Assembly: GCA_030141605.1 (NCBI GenBank)
Contig: JAQGDQ010000062.1
Span: 434,001 to 498,000, forward strand
DNA: 64,000 nucleotides
DNA from: Tubiluchus corallicola
Taxonomy: Eukaryota; Animalia; Priapulida
Direction: 5' to 3'
Each line of letters starts with the position of its first letter. The first letter of the stretch is position 1. The notes below the pieces were generated by a model. The model searched no databases. It was not told the DNA's origin and worked only from the letters and a program-made list of their open reading frames with translations. Shown piece by piece: positions 14,101 through 26,200 of this stretch. Made by a program: the position numbers and the translations under genes.

Positions 14101-17100
14101 AGGTTATTTTACTACGCTGAATCCGGAGAAACTGTTGCCAGCTCGGAGAATAGCGGAAAAGCTCAAAACGAAAAAAAACAAAACGGCCGCCAAGTTTTTG
14201 CACGAATTACATGATTATGTCAAAAGAAATTTAAAGAAAATTAATATTAAAAACAACTATGATATGTACTTCAGGGTAATTAGACCTAAGTAATCCATTT
14301 CTGTTACTTTAATTCAAAATTGGCCACATAACCATTTTGGCAGCTATCTTGAAATCCTAAATTAGGTGCTCTCGTGTGTATTTTTAAACATCGCACGCGG
14401 ATTCCTTGTCCTTGAGAACATATAATTAGACACTAAAAATCTGCTCTAACAATTAAGGTACAGCTTTTAAAAAATATTGGCATCAGCCATATTGTCGGCC
14501 ATCTTGAAAATAGTGGCCATTTTGGATGATTGTTTATTACCCTCATAGATTAGGTAACCTTACATCCAAAGTTAATCATTTTGAGGGTTCTAGCACTGCG
14601 CAAAGTTTTATAATTTTCAGGCGAAATGAACAAGTTTTCACCATTCTGATAAAGACTACGATATGCCCTGACTATTCTGTTTTTGCTTATAGTTATAGGA
14701 CTATTTAAGCCACTTGCATCCTTTCTGGGGTCTAGCAGCAGATTTTTACGAAGGCAAATTAATAAAAGTACTTTGCTTTCCGTTTTCGTAATAAATTATT
14801 AAGTGAAACAGTTAATATAACTGCATGATCAGCATATGTTTTGTGTGGCAGCCACTTTTGAAATACAAGTTACAAAAATGAATTTCTTAGATCCAACTGC
14901 CCTGGAATGGTTGTCATAGTCGTCTTTTAATGTCAATTTTTGGGAGTTTCCTTTAATTTACATTGCTTGGGACATTTCGTTTTTTTTTGCGTTTTTGACC
15001 CTTTTCCGCTAATTTTTCAAGCTGGCAACAGTTTTCTCGGATTCGGCATAGTCAAGTTGATAAGGTTGGCTAGTGGCTATGTTGTCCAGTTTTAGAAAAA
15101 AAACGCCTCCGGAATTTCACTTTTCTGAAAATTCGTGTACAGTTCGTTTAGGACATAATCCAAGGATAATACCTTAAGTAACTCAATACTTATTTCCAAG
15201 ATTGTAACGATTATTATTATCAGCATTTTACTTCGATAAATCCACGTGCATGGTCAAAGAACAGAGGAGTACCATTTTTTAAGTCTTTGGCATGGCGCGA
15301 CCTAAACGGTGGGAAACGAAACAGGCTAACCTAGTCTATATTTCGAAATAGGTATTAGCTTTTTTGCACAAGAAGTGATTTTGCACCTGATTCTTGCATA
15401 AGAAGTGATTAGCAAACGCTAAAAGGCTAAATAAAAAAATTATTATCACGCATTATCAGACATAAACGTCTAATCGCAATATAAATTCAAATACCATTTC
15501 TTTTCAAACAAATTTCACTCAAAGCTTCCACAGCATGAAAGGAACGCCATTTTTAATGTAGGAAAGCTGTCGACATGTTCAAAATCACCTAATTTAAATT
15601 TTCTTTTAAATTTTTTCCGTTTTGTTTTAGTAAAATCTTGCAACACAAAATGTTTGATGCTTGATTAAAATGATTAAAGTTGGTAGAGCCGTTTATTTAA
15701 AGGACTTACCAGCAAGTCATTCTCATTCTCCATCTTTAAATACAACAAGATCTGCATGATGTAAAATCATTTAACTTGGTTTCAAGCATACAGAACGGAA
15801 CGAGAACTGCATATACTTTAGATGATTTTGCTTATCACCTAAAACATTTTCATTGTCCGTGGGTTCCAATGGAAATGGTAACAAACTAAAGCTTTCTATT
15901 AACGATTTTTCTACTTTAATGATTTTAGTTGCGGCAGTGGAGAAAAGCGAAAAAATCTTTTACGTTTAGTATGCGAGAGGCTTTCTTCCCCGTCCCACAC
16001 GCTGAAGAGTGGAAAAATATGTATAAAAAATGTTCGTCGCTCCGTCTGTTTTTACCTGTAAGTACATAATAAAAAAATATTACGGCTAAAGTTGCCCTCC
16101 CAAACTTGCAATGCTTTCGGATGCGGTGCATCTAGTCATGGCATCACAGAATCTTTACATTGAATCTGCTGTGCTTGTCTTGCTCTTTTATCAAATTGAT
16201 TTTATTTGTTGAAGATTTTTATACACTACGTAACAGTTCTCCAAACGGTTACTTACTAAAAACTGATTTTTCTTTTTCTTTTCTTTTAATCGGTTAAAAA
16301 TTTAGTAAATTGTAACTGCAGTCATTAAAAGTTTCCTCGAGTGGCAAGTAGCTGAAGGAGAGCTAAATCAAACAGAAACATTTAAAAAACAATAAAAAAA
16401 TCGTAGAACGAAAATGACATCTATAATTCTGATGGCAGTAACATTTAAATTGTAGGTTTTGCTTAGTGAGATTGATTCGTGCTTGTATATCGACGCAGAT
16501 AGCTTAGTGTTGACTAAGGTCGATGAAATATGGGCTTATCTGCACAAAATGAACTCTTCCCAAGTTGTAGCTCTGGCCAAAGACAGCGAAAAAGCTGGGT
16601 GGTATGCGAAGAACGCTGTTCACCCTTTTTACGGAGAAGCTGGTAATTATGGAGAAACAAGTTTGATTCTTTTTGTTCGAATGTAGGTGCGTAAATGAGC
16701 GAATGTAGGTGATCAAAGTAAATTGCGCGTAAAAACTTCAGTTTCTTTAAAATCAATACCAAATCAAATAAAGTGCAAGTTCAGTTTGCTATAATAACTA
16801 ATGAACCGGAGCCTAGTTTTGCAGTAGCAGATGTTAAATTGGCAATACAAACGTTCTTCGTATGACGTATTTAAGCAAAATAGGTCAATAAGAGCTTTTT
16901 TGCTGACTTCTTTTGATCTTATTAGGTTTAAATGGCGGGGTACTACTTATGAATTTAACGCGATTTCGCCGGCTTGACTGGGTGGATGAGATCAAACAAA
17001 TATTCATCAAGTACAATACAACTCTGATCAGGGCCGACCAATGCGTGCTAAATATTTATTTTGCCTCAAATACAGGTTCGTAAAAAATGTCAATGTTTTT

Positions 17101-17203
17101 TTGTATTTTGTTGAAAAAATGCTGCATCGTAATTACCTAGTCAATGTCGTAGCATAATTTTACAGTGACATATTATATATTAGGTGTCCTAGTTCTTCTC
17201 CAG

Positions 17204-17258
<55 letters not shown>

Positions 17259-18084
17259 TTCTATTACTACTCAGCTAATTTTTCACCCTATAAACTTGTA
17301 AGTTTTGGTTGGTAGCAAAGTGTGTCACTGCTTTGTTCATTTTAATTCCGGCAAGGTTTTCGGTTTAGATAACTGTATTTGCACACTGACTTGATTTCGT
17401 TTTCATCTGTTTAACAGAAGTGCTTCACCGATGTTTAAAAAACAGCACAACGTTACAATGTCATTAACTAAATACCACGAGTAATCAACAAATTGTTTTT
17501 TTTATAACTTCATGTGAATTTACTGAATTTCTCACCGCAAAGCCATGTTTTAGAAAAAGTTCTGCTGCTTCCCTGTGACTGGAATTTTTCCATACAATTC
17601 TGTCAGCCCCATGGAGAATGTATGTCAGCAAAACAACGTGGAGTATCTCTCTTACATGGGTACGCAAGTCACTTCATTATGGCTGAAAAACATTCCGTTT
17701 TCAAGACTTTATTCAACGTCTTCGCACGGGTACGTATGACTTATAGCCGTTTGTACAGTTTTCCATTCTCAAAATGTTTTTGTTAAAATTATGGACACCG
17801 TTTTGCAGCCTCTACTTTTAAGTAAGGCTTACATTTATCAACTTGAGAGCACAATTATGTACGTACTGTTACATTTGGCTAAAATATTCGCATTATTCTT
17901 TTTTTTTTATTTTCAGTACCATTTAGCAGACGACATATATAACGGTCTGCTGAAACCTCTACAAAGGAACATAATCCAGTATACCGACACACCCAGATAC
18001 TGTTCGCTTGAGACGAAAGCACTTTTAATGAAAATAGAGAAAAATTGCAACATAACAAAAATAAGAACTGATAGTTATCTGTAG
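11117..18084 (+). CDS. Glucoside xylosyltransferase-like (GT8, GXYLT1/2/shams family), 393 aa, 7 exons
   Basis: Exons 11117-11307, 13504-13684, 15929-16057, 16456-16642, 16926-17075, 17554-17729 and 17917-18084 are all GT-AG and in phase. Motifs IHIVTAICG..TMMKS, EEWKNMYKKCSSLRLFLP, LYIDAD (DxD), GWY...HPFYG.GLNGGVLLMNLTR, DQCVLN and LPCDWN...LLHG follow GXYLT architecture. Confidence 0.9.
14108..15053. mobile_element. Inverted pair of ~70-bp related sequences (DNA-transposon remnants or a foldback) in GXYLT-like intron 2
   Basis: 14108-14180 (ACTACGCTGAATCCGGAGAAACTGTTGCCAGCTCGGAGAATAGCGGAAAAG) matches the reverse complement of 14978-15053. Confidence 0.55.
15255..15320 (-). mobile_element. 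Short SINE-like fragment
   Basis: Minus strand GGTCGCGCCATGCCAAAGACTTAAAAAATGGTAC resembles a conserved central segment of tRNA-derived animal SINEs. Recognised from memory, not searched. Confidence 0.3.
17205..17254. repeat. (CT)n microsatellite
   Basis: Read directly from the sequence. Confidence 0.95.
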
Positions 18085-18368
18085 CTTTGATTAACATAGA
18101 TAAAACTTTACATAAAGAATTTAAGGTCATTTAAATTCATTTTTTAATGTTGTAAAATAAAGTGTACAATAGCTTATGTGTGTATTTAATCTAATAATTA
18201 AACAACCACACAATATACGCAAACATGAATAGCGTAAACAAAGTAATCCAAATTGCTTTATTAATGTAAACAAACAGCATAAGCGAGACAAGCAATTGAA
18301 TCTCATTCTAAAGGCTTTGCGTCTTATTAATGGAGCTTCTTTGTTCTTGATTTAACAATAACAAATAC

Positions 18369-18463
<95 letters not shown>
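18369..18463. repeat. (TTAC)n microsatellite, about 24 copies
   Basis: Read directly from the sequence. Confidence 0.95.
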
Positions 18464-18795
18464 CATCATCAACCCTTGTCATCAACCTGTTTTGAACAAC
18501 CGGTATTTTCAACGCTGTAATCGTGTATAAGCACCTGCTCGTCCTATACAAGAATTGCAAACTTGCTACATAGGAACATGTACTAATGCGTATAAATTTT
18601 CCTCAAATACCAGTAAAATCCACACTAAGTTTCGTTTATTAATAATCAGTATACAAATCAGTAATAACAGTATACAAACATGTTTAATATTAGCCTATAT
18701 CGATTCGATTTTTTTAAATTTTTCAAGAACGAAGGTGAACGACTTAAAAAAGGACAAAAATTCGGATTTCCGTGATAAGTAATCTAGCTTGTCGC

Positions 18796-19020
18796 CTATG
18801 ACTCACAAATATACGGAAATTTTGCTGTATCACACGAGAAGTCATTCCACGTGTTCCCATTTGCCCCGCAGGATGGCGCAGCTTTCGCCATTGCCGTAAT
18901 TATCCGGTTGCCCATCTGCTACGTCCCAAGAAGTAAAAAGAGCAGGTCGGCCTGTTGCAAACCACCTCCAGTCACCCTCCTCGTGTATGTCGCTTAAACC
19001 AATCCAAAAATGCTCACCAG
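18796..19020 (-). pseudogene. Orphan, frameshifted C-type lectin domain exon (QPD/WND type)
   Basis: Reads GEHFWIGLSDIHEEGDWRWFATGRPALFTSWDVADGQPDNYGNGESCAIL, then after a 1-nt shift near 18864-18868 GANGNTWNDFSCDTAKFPYICES*. Without the shift it stops at 18842-18844. No upstream lectin exon was found. Confidence 0.8.
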
Positions 19021-19980
19021 CTTTATTATTATCATTATGAGTTTATTTCGTGTAAAAATATACAGTTTACAAAGATAAAGATGTAGTAAAACAGGTAATA
19101 CGATGTTAGTAAAGTAACATATCTACAGACATTCAACTTTATAATAACCACACATTGTAGTTCTCTTGTAATTACATTACAGTATACAGTGTTGTAAGGA
19201 GCTATAATAGATATCTTAAAACAGGGGTGTGCAAAGTACAGAAAGTACAGGCCTACTAACGATTTTTTTGCATCCGACCTGTGTACATCATTACTACTAC
19301 ACTCAATAAACTATTTTAGAAGTTATTAAAATTTATATTACAAGCCATATATTTCTACTTTCAGAACTAAGATAGTGGTAATTTCATTACAATGCATATT
19401 AGTAATGTGTATCACACAGTCCGTGTAGTTCAGTGACATTAAGCTACAACCGTCTTGTAAGGGTTAATGGCATCCGATCTAGTAGAAAAAACTAACCGGA
19501 CTATCTTTGGGATCGTGGCACGGACTTCAGCTGGATACACTCAATCAATCGCCCGGGCCGCACTTTCATTACGTTGAAAAATCTCTTTGCGGGCTGCACA
19601 AATTCTCTCGGCGGGCTGCGAGTGGTCCGCGGGCCGTAATTTGCACACCCCTGTCTTAAAACATATTCTTTAAATGAGTTCTTAAATAAACTGTATGTAA
19701 ATAATTATTAATTAAATAATTAAAACTGTAATAAACAGTGGCAACACAACTTATACGTATTAGAAAGCTCAAATAACGAAATAGGTAACACTGTACAAAG
19801 AGCGATTTGTGAAGGTGTCAATCCTGCTTCAATAGCTGGTAAAGAGTTGGCCAAACTGGCAAAAACATTGACCCTTAATGACGTTGTGTGAACAAAGGAT
19901 ATTGTTTGGCGTAACACTGCACGAACGGTACAGAAATATTTGCATTAGAAATAGTACTAATTTGTTTGCAACACCGTCAA
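19021..19980 (-). mobile_element. Probable LINE (L2/CR1-like) 3' remnant, interrupted by a hAT MITE
   Basis: AATAAA plus (ATA)n tail abuts the lectin exon at 19021-19048. A degenerate ...ANSLP..I peptide lies near 19830-19900. Confidence 0.4.
19222..19653 (+). mobile_element. hAT (Charlie/Buster-like) MITE, family A copy 1, internally deleted
   Basis: TIR CAGGGGTGTGCAAA...TTTGCACACCCCTG and perfect 8-bp TSD TCTTAAAA. Body is homologous to 49712-50193 and 58268-58749. Confidence 0.92.
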
Positions 19981-19999
19981 TTAATGGGTACATAAATTT

Positions 20000-20360
20000 C
20001 TCGTTTCTCTTCCCTTTTCTTCCTTTCTCTTTCGTTTTCTTCTCTTGTCTGTTCTTCTCTTCTCGCATCCTCTCGTCTCGTCTCGTCTCGTCTCTTCCCT
20101 TCTCTTCTGTTCCCGTCCCTTCCATTCTCCTTTCTTCTCTTCCCTTCCCTTCAATTCTCTTCTCTTCCCATTCCTTCTCTTCTCTTCTCTTCTCCACTTC
20201 TCTTCTCTTCTGTCCTCTTCTCTTGTCTTGTCTTCTCTTCTCTTCCCATCCCTTTTCTTCTCTTTTCTTCTCTTCCCATCCCTTCTCTTCTCTTCTCTTT
20301 TCACTCCTCTTCTCTCCTTTTCTCCCATTTTCCTCCCCTCTCTCTCACTCTCTCTCTCCC
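20000..20360. repeat. Polypyrimidine (CTCTT)n-like low-complexity tract
   Basis: Read directly from the sequence; it explains the spurious S/L/F-rich and R/E/K-rich ORFs here. Confidence 0.95.
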
Positions 20361-20564
20361 TGGTCCATCCAAATTTGCGGCCACTGTTCGCAGGCAATTT
20401 AAATATGTGCTGCCATCTAACGCCAAGTGAAAGAAACATTCAAGCCAACCAGTTGCACTTGATGTTATGACAAGTTTTTTTGCCAAACACAAGAACAGTT
20501 GGCTTGATGAAATGCACAAAGGTTTTATTTTCGACGATTTTCGCTTAGAAAACTGCTGACGCAT

Positions 20565-20762
20565 GCCATTGTTGTGACGTCATCCTTTGGACTCTGTCTA
20601 TAATCTTATGACTTTAATTCAGCAAAAAGCTGCTACGCTGCTGTAATTCAGTAACAGCTGCTACAGGCTTTGCGTTATACATGAGGACTGTGTAGGATGT
20701 TCGCGTGTTATTGATTATACGTGGTTTTTTTTACGCAAAATCTTTTGCGGGGCCTTTGCTAG
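20565..20762 (+). mobile_element. Helitron-like 3' end, second copy
   Basis: Homologous to 8243-8406 and ends ...CGCAAAATCTTTTGCGGGGCCTTTGCTAG|T. Confidence 0.65.
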
Positions 20763-21369
20763 TTATTATTATTATTATTATTAACGTTACTGCTAAACAA
20801 CAACTATTTTCTTTATTTTCGCAATTTTTCTCACCAGTTATTAAAAAGTGGGGTGATTAGGCGTAGGCTATAGACCTATTCGACCTATTGGTGTGTGCAT
20901 ACAGCATGCAAGGTCCTACGTATGCCCAGGGTCTAATATAATTATTTTGGCCTATGCACTGCAGTACTCCAACACTGCCCATTGTGCCCGTATTGTTGTT
21001 CAGTTCAGTCAGTTTATTGTTTAAAATTTGTTTAGTATTGTTTAAAAAAACATACATAAAAATAATTATGCCTATTAATTAATGACGTCTATTACAGGCA
21101 TTTAGCAGACTGAATTCTAAAGAAAATCTGCCCTCGAGATGCAATGTAAATAAAACAATTAATGCAGTAAAAAAAACTAGACACTGCTGTAAACACGGCA
21201 GTTAATCCAGCAAAAACTAGGTAACGGTGCTAGCGTATACCAGTGGCTTGTCACTTAGCAGTCTCAGCGCCATGTCCGAAAATAAAATTCAATAAAATTT
21301 TAATGTGCGACGAGGAGAAAAATTAAAGGTCACCGCTAAGATTTCTCATATTGGTTACGTCAAGCACTC

Positions 21370-22300
21370 CCATATTGCTTTTAAACTAAACTTTGGCATT
21401 TTGATGTTATCTTCACTGGAATATCATCAGGTAGTCTAAGCATATGTCCATTCCATCTTAAATGGCGTCCTTTTTATTTTTCTTGTCCAAGGTTCTTCTT
21501 TTATTTTTTCATATAGATCTTTGTTTGAAATTTTCTTTGGCGATCTAATACCCAAAATGTTTCTGTAATTTCGCCTTTGAAACGCATCAATTTCAGCCTT
21601 ATGATTTGCTTTTAATGGCCAGAGCTCAGAGTTATACAGAAATACAGTTTAAGCTAAGGCTGAGAATATTCTAATTTTTGTTTCCAAAGAAATCTACCTA
21701 TTCTCAAAAACTTGTGAGTTTTGAGTAAGCTGATAGTGATAATGCCATTATCTTCCGTCTTGATATGTCATGTTCTGTTGCCAGCAGACTACCGAGATAC
21801 TTGCATCTTTACCATGATTCATTGCCATGGCGTGTTGTGTGAAACTCTTCAGTTTTTTTTTGTTTACAACGAGATCTATTCTGTTCAGTTTCTCCTCTAT
21901 TGAGTTTTTATTTCATCTATTTCTTCTTTGTTTCTTGTAATCCATGCCACGTCATCAGCATACTGCATAGATATAGTAGTTGACTTACTTTATCTTTAAG
22001 CCATAGAACCAGCTAAAAAACTTGCAGGAGGACAAATGTTAACATATTTAGATGTTGCACAGAAAGATTTAAACACTGCAGCATTGATCCTTAGAAATAA
22101 ATGCACTTGGGGCATTGCAGCAAGCAGAGAGTCCTGGCATTGGGAGGTGAGCAGAATCATGTCCCTGGACGTATGATTCATTGGATGATGATATGTTTTG
22201 ATGTTAAACTAATTGGAGAAAATATATGTTCAATGTCTATATGGCATAGCTTATCTCTCTCAATCCCAGAACGAAACACCTGTTCTTCATAAAAAATTTA
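21370..22300 (-). mobile_element. Degenerate RTE-like LINE fragment (RT YADD motif and C-terminal region)
   Basis: Minus-strand peptides MQYADDVAWIT (~21940-21968), KIRIFSAL..TVFLYNSELW, EIDAFQRRNYRNILGIRSPKKISNKDLY and RHLRWNGHMLRLPDD, with frameshifts and stops. Confidence 0.8.
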
Positions 22301-23215
22301 AAACTAATTTGCTATTTCGCTCTCATCTTTATGTGAAAATAAGAATCCCAAGGCTTAATGAACATCTTCGTCCTTGAATTTATATAAGTTTTAATGAATC
22401 TGAAGAACAAGTGAATTAATGATTAGTTTCTTTTACCATCAAAAGTAATAATTGTTGACTTGTAATTCGTATTTTTAACCTAAATAAACCCTTAAATTCG
22501 TTCTTGGTTTTGTTGTTTGAATTCAAAGAAGTATCGGACAATTTTCGTTCTGGTTTTGGTTCTTGCTTAAGATAAGTAATATTCAAATCAGTGCCTTAGG
22601 ATGTGATGTGTGCGAAATGTGTGTTACCTTAATAATTTTATGCTAATTATACAGAGTACTTGAAATTACAAGCCTCTTGAAATCAAACGTTTCATTTTAG
22701 ATTTGAAAATGGGTTTTAAAATTTTTCATTGGTTTATATGTTTTCATTATTATTTACTGAAATACGATACTTCAAAAGCGCCTAATCTGAGCTACAAATT
22801 GCATAAAAAATTATTTTTTACTCATGTGCAGACACAAGGTAAACAGGGTAATAGATAATGGAATAATTTCATGCTAATGACGTGGGTTCTTTTTTAAATT
22901 GCTCAAATTTAATTTTAATGCTTTTTGTAAATTTAACAAAAATACATATCGATATAATTGATGTTACTGTAAGCTCAAGCCTCATAGCTTCCCCAGGTTC
23001 CCTTAACATTAAGAAATTACATTAACTTTTTTACGAACTTATTTATGTAAATTGTGCAAATGTACAAATGCATTTTTGAGTTGAACAAATAACGTAATAT
23101 AACATAACATTTGAATATGTACTACTTGTTCAGGTAACAGGGTGTATCTTAACTATGGTGTAGCACAGAGGTAAAAGGTGGATTGCTCATACATTTTGCT
23201 CCCATGTAAGACACA

Positions 23216-26200
23216 ATGCCGAAAAAGTTTCAAGGGGAAAACACAAAAGCTCAATCTGCACGAGCCAGAAAAGCAGCACAGCAAAATGAGAAAGAAGAAA
23301 TGAGAAGAAAAGCAGAGGAAGATGCTTACTGGGCCGATGATGACAAACATGTTAAGAGAAAAGAACAAAGAAAGGTGAGCCTAAAAATGCAGCTGCAGAG
23401 AAGGCAACTTTCTAGTTTGTCTCTAGTTGTGAGTGTACGGTCCCGAAACAATTTTACAGAAATGCTAAACAAGGATGTGTCGATCTGATAAATAATCGAT
23501 AATCAGCAAGCAAATTTGCATATAGGAACAGACCAGAGCTCGGGCCAATACACTTTAATATCAGTAATGGTAATGTGGGGTAATGATATACAGTAAAATG
23601 AAAATAAATCATAATTCTGCTTAATTTATGTGACACTTAAATGGTATAGAAGAGTAACAAATCTGCTAAAAGCCAGCAATCTTTTTTCATTCTTTCTAAC
23701 ACATTTAATAATGGCATGCTCACCCCCTAAAGACTCGTGAATTGCTCCGTTATCGCAGAAGTAAACAAATTACGTGTGATAACTCACATCAGCAGCCAAG
23801 CAAAATAACCTTGAGCAATGAGCATACAATATCCATACATAAACCACTACATGTATAAATGTGCCTAAACCACTCCGTCCACAATATCCATGCATAAACC
23901 ACTGCATGTATAAATGTGCCTAAACCACTCCGTCCACAATATCCATACATAAACCACTACATGTATAAATGTGCCTAAACCACTCCGTCCACAATATCCA
24001 TGCATAAACCACTGCATGTATAAATGTGCCTAAACCACTCCGTCCACAATATCCATACATAAACCACTGCATGTATAAACGTGCCTAAACCACTCCGTCC
24101 ACAATATCCATACATAAACCACTGCATGTATAAACGTGCATAAACCACTCCGTCCACAATATCCATACATAAACCACTGCATGTATAAACGTGCCTAAAC
24201 CACTCCGTCCACAATATCCATACATAAACCACTGCATGTATAAATGTGCCTAAACCACTCCGTCCACAATATCCATACGTAAACCACTGCATGTATAAAT
24301 GTGCCTAAACCACTCCGTCCACAATATCCATACATAAACCACTGCATGTATAAACGTGCATAAACCACTCCGTCCACAATATCCATACGTAAACCACTGC
24401 ATGTATAAACGTGCCTAAACCACTCCGTCCACAATATCCATACGTAAACCACTGCATGTATAAATGTGCCTAAACCACTCCGTCCACAATATCCATACGT
24501 AAACCACTGCATGTATAAATGTGCCTAAACCACTCCGTCCACAATATCCATACGTAAACCACTGCATGTATAAATGTGCCTAAACCACTCCGTCCACAAT
24601 ATCCATACGTAAACCACTGCATGTATAAACGTGCATAAACCACTCCGTCCACAATATCCATGCATAAACCACTGCATGTATAAACGTGCATAAACCACTC
24701 CGTCCACAATATCCATGCATAAACCACTGCATGTATAAATGTGCATAAACCACTCCGTCCACAATATCCATACGTAAACCACTGCATGTATAAACGTGCA
24801 TAAACCACTCCGTCCACAATATCCATACGTAAACCACTGCATGTATAAATGTGCCTAAACCACTCGGTGAAACACTCTCGTAACATAACTTGCTAAACCA
24901 GGTCAGATTGTGTGATTCATATCTTCGGGAAATCAATATTATCTTTAGACGTTACAAAGAATTGATTTTGCCAACTACTATTGGATTAACTACTGTTATA
25001 AAAAGTAAAAAAGTTTAATTTTTTTGTAATTTAAGACACCAATTAAAGCAATTAAATAGTTATGTTATTAACTTATATACTTACACTATCAGCCAAATAC
25101 TAAACCTAATTTGTAAGGTAATTTACATACACTTGGGCTACTTTCAACTTTGTTTGTGGTTGCCCATTAGACAGTTAATTCCGTTAACGACCTTAAATAT
25201 TGTGGAAGGCATTAAAATTACTAATTCTCTTGTTAAATTTTGATCTTTCCACATGAAATAAGTTTTCGTTCCAAATACATTTGCAATAAACTTCAATTAA
25301 TCCTTTTGTGACGATATTTGTATCCAATGAATAGTTCGAAATAGACACTTAATCGTTATTAATCCCTCAAAAATTCTTTTGGAATTCAATTTTGACTTCA
25401 GTCACAGCCTTAAATTCACCACTTGTGGCAGCAATTGTAATGCCATCATATCGGCTTGGGTCTGATATCGGATCGGATCGGCCAACAGCAATAGGTAAGA
25501 CAATCGGTATCGGATCTGGACACAAAAGTTCCCATATCGGGACATCCGTGGTGTTAAACACCTCCCATAATTTCTTTGTCAGTGTATTTGTTTCTAGTTG
25601 AAAATTCAAGTAAAAGAGATTATTTTGGAAATGGAATTCTTGAACGGAAGTAAATGCTTTACAATACGATAAGACTTTTTCATATTTGAACTTGATTACT
25701 GTCTAGCCTGATAAGTGTAATAACTATCAGAATAAAAGTGTTATGCTTCGGAATTTAACTTTTCTAAAAAATGGTTCTTTCTAAACATTTTCATCTCTTA
25801 TTACAATGTTTATTCTACAAGTCAGCATTCCTATTTTCCTATGATCATTCATGTATGTATTGGACGTATTGTTTATTTTGGAAAGTATGTGATAAAAAAT
25901 CGGTCTTCTGGTAGTTACAGAATATTGCACGATTACAGGATGAAAAGGAAAAGAAAAAACAAGACATTTTGGAAAAGAAACATGCAACTAAAGCACTTCT
26001 ACAGGCTGAAGAGGAAGAACTACATAAACAAGTAAAACCACAACAGCAAACTGTCAAGCTGACTCGGGCCCAGATACAGGCTCATGTTGAAAAACAACAA
26101 GAAAAAGGTATATTACGTATTTATTTGCCTTTATGCAGTGTAGATATGGTATTAATTTGGCAAGATGCACATTGTGATTAGTAATTAACTATCTGATAAG

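Noticed and set aside
19829-20564. ORFs of 87-174 aa rich in R/E/K or S/L/F
   Set aside because: Products of the (CTCTT)n tract.
23975-24936. Five overlapping repetitive ORFs (MQWFTYGYCG...)
   Set aside because: They are translations of the 55-bp minisatellite, antisense within CCDC124 intron 1.
25445-25550. ATCGG-repeat cluster (similar partial ends at about 36610-36700, 38246-38360 and 43310-43397)
   Set aside because: Single hAT-like ends without a matching TIR or TSD, so boundaries cannot be supported.
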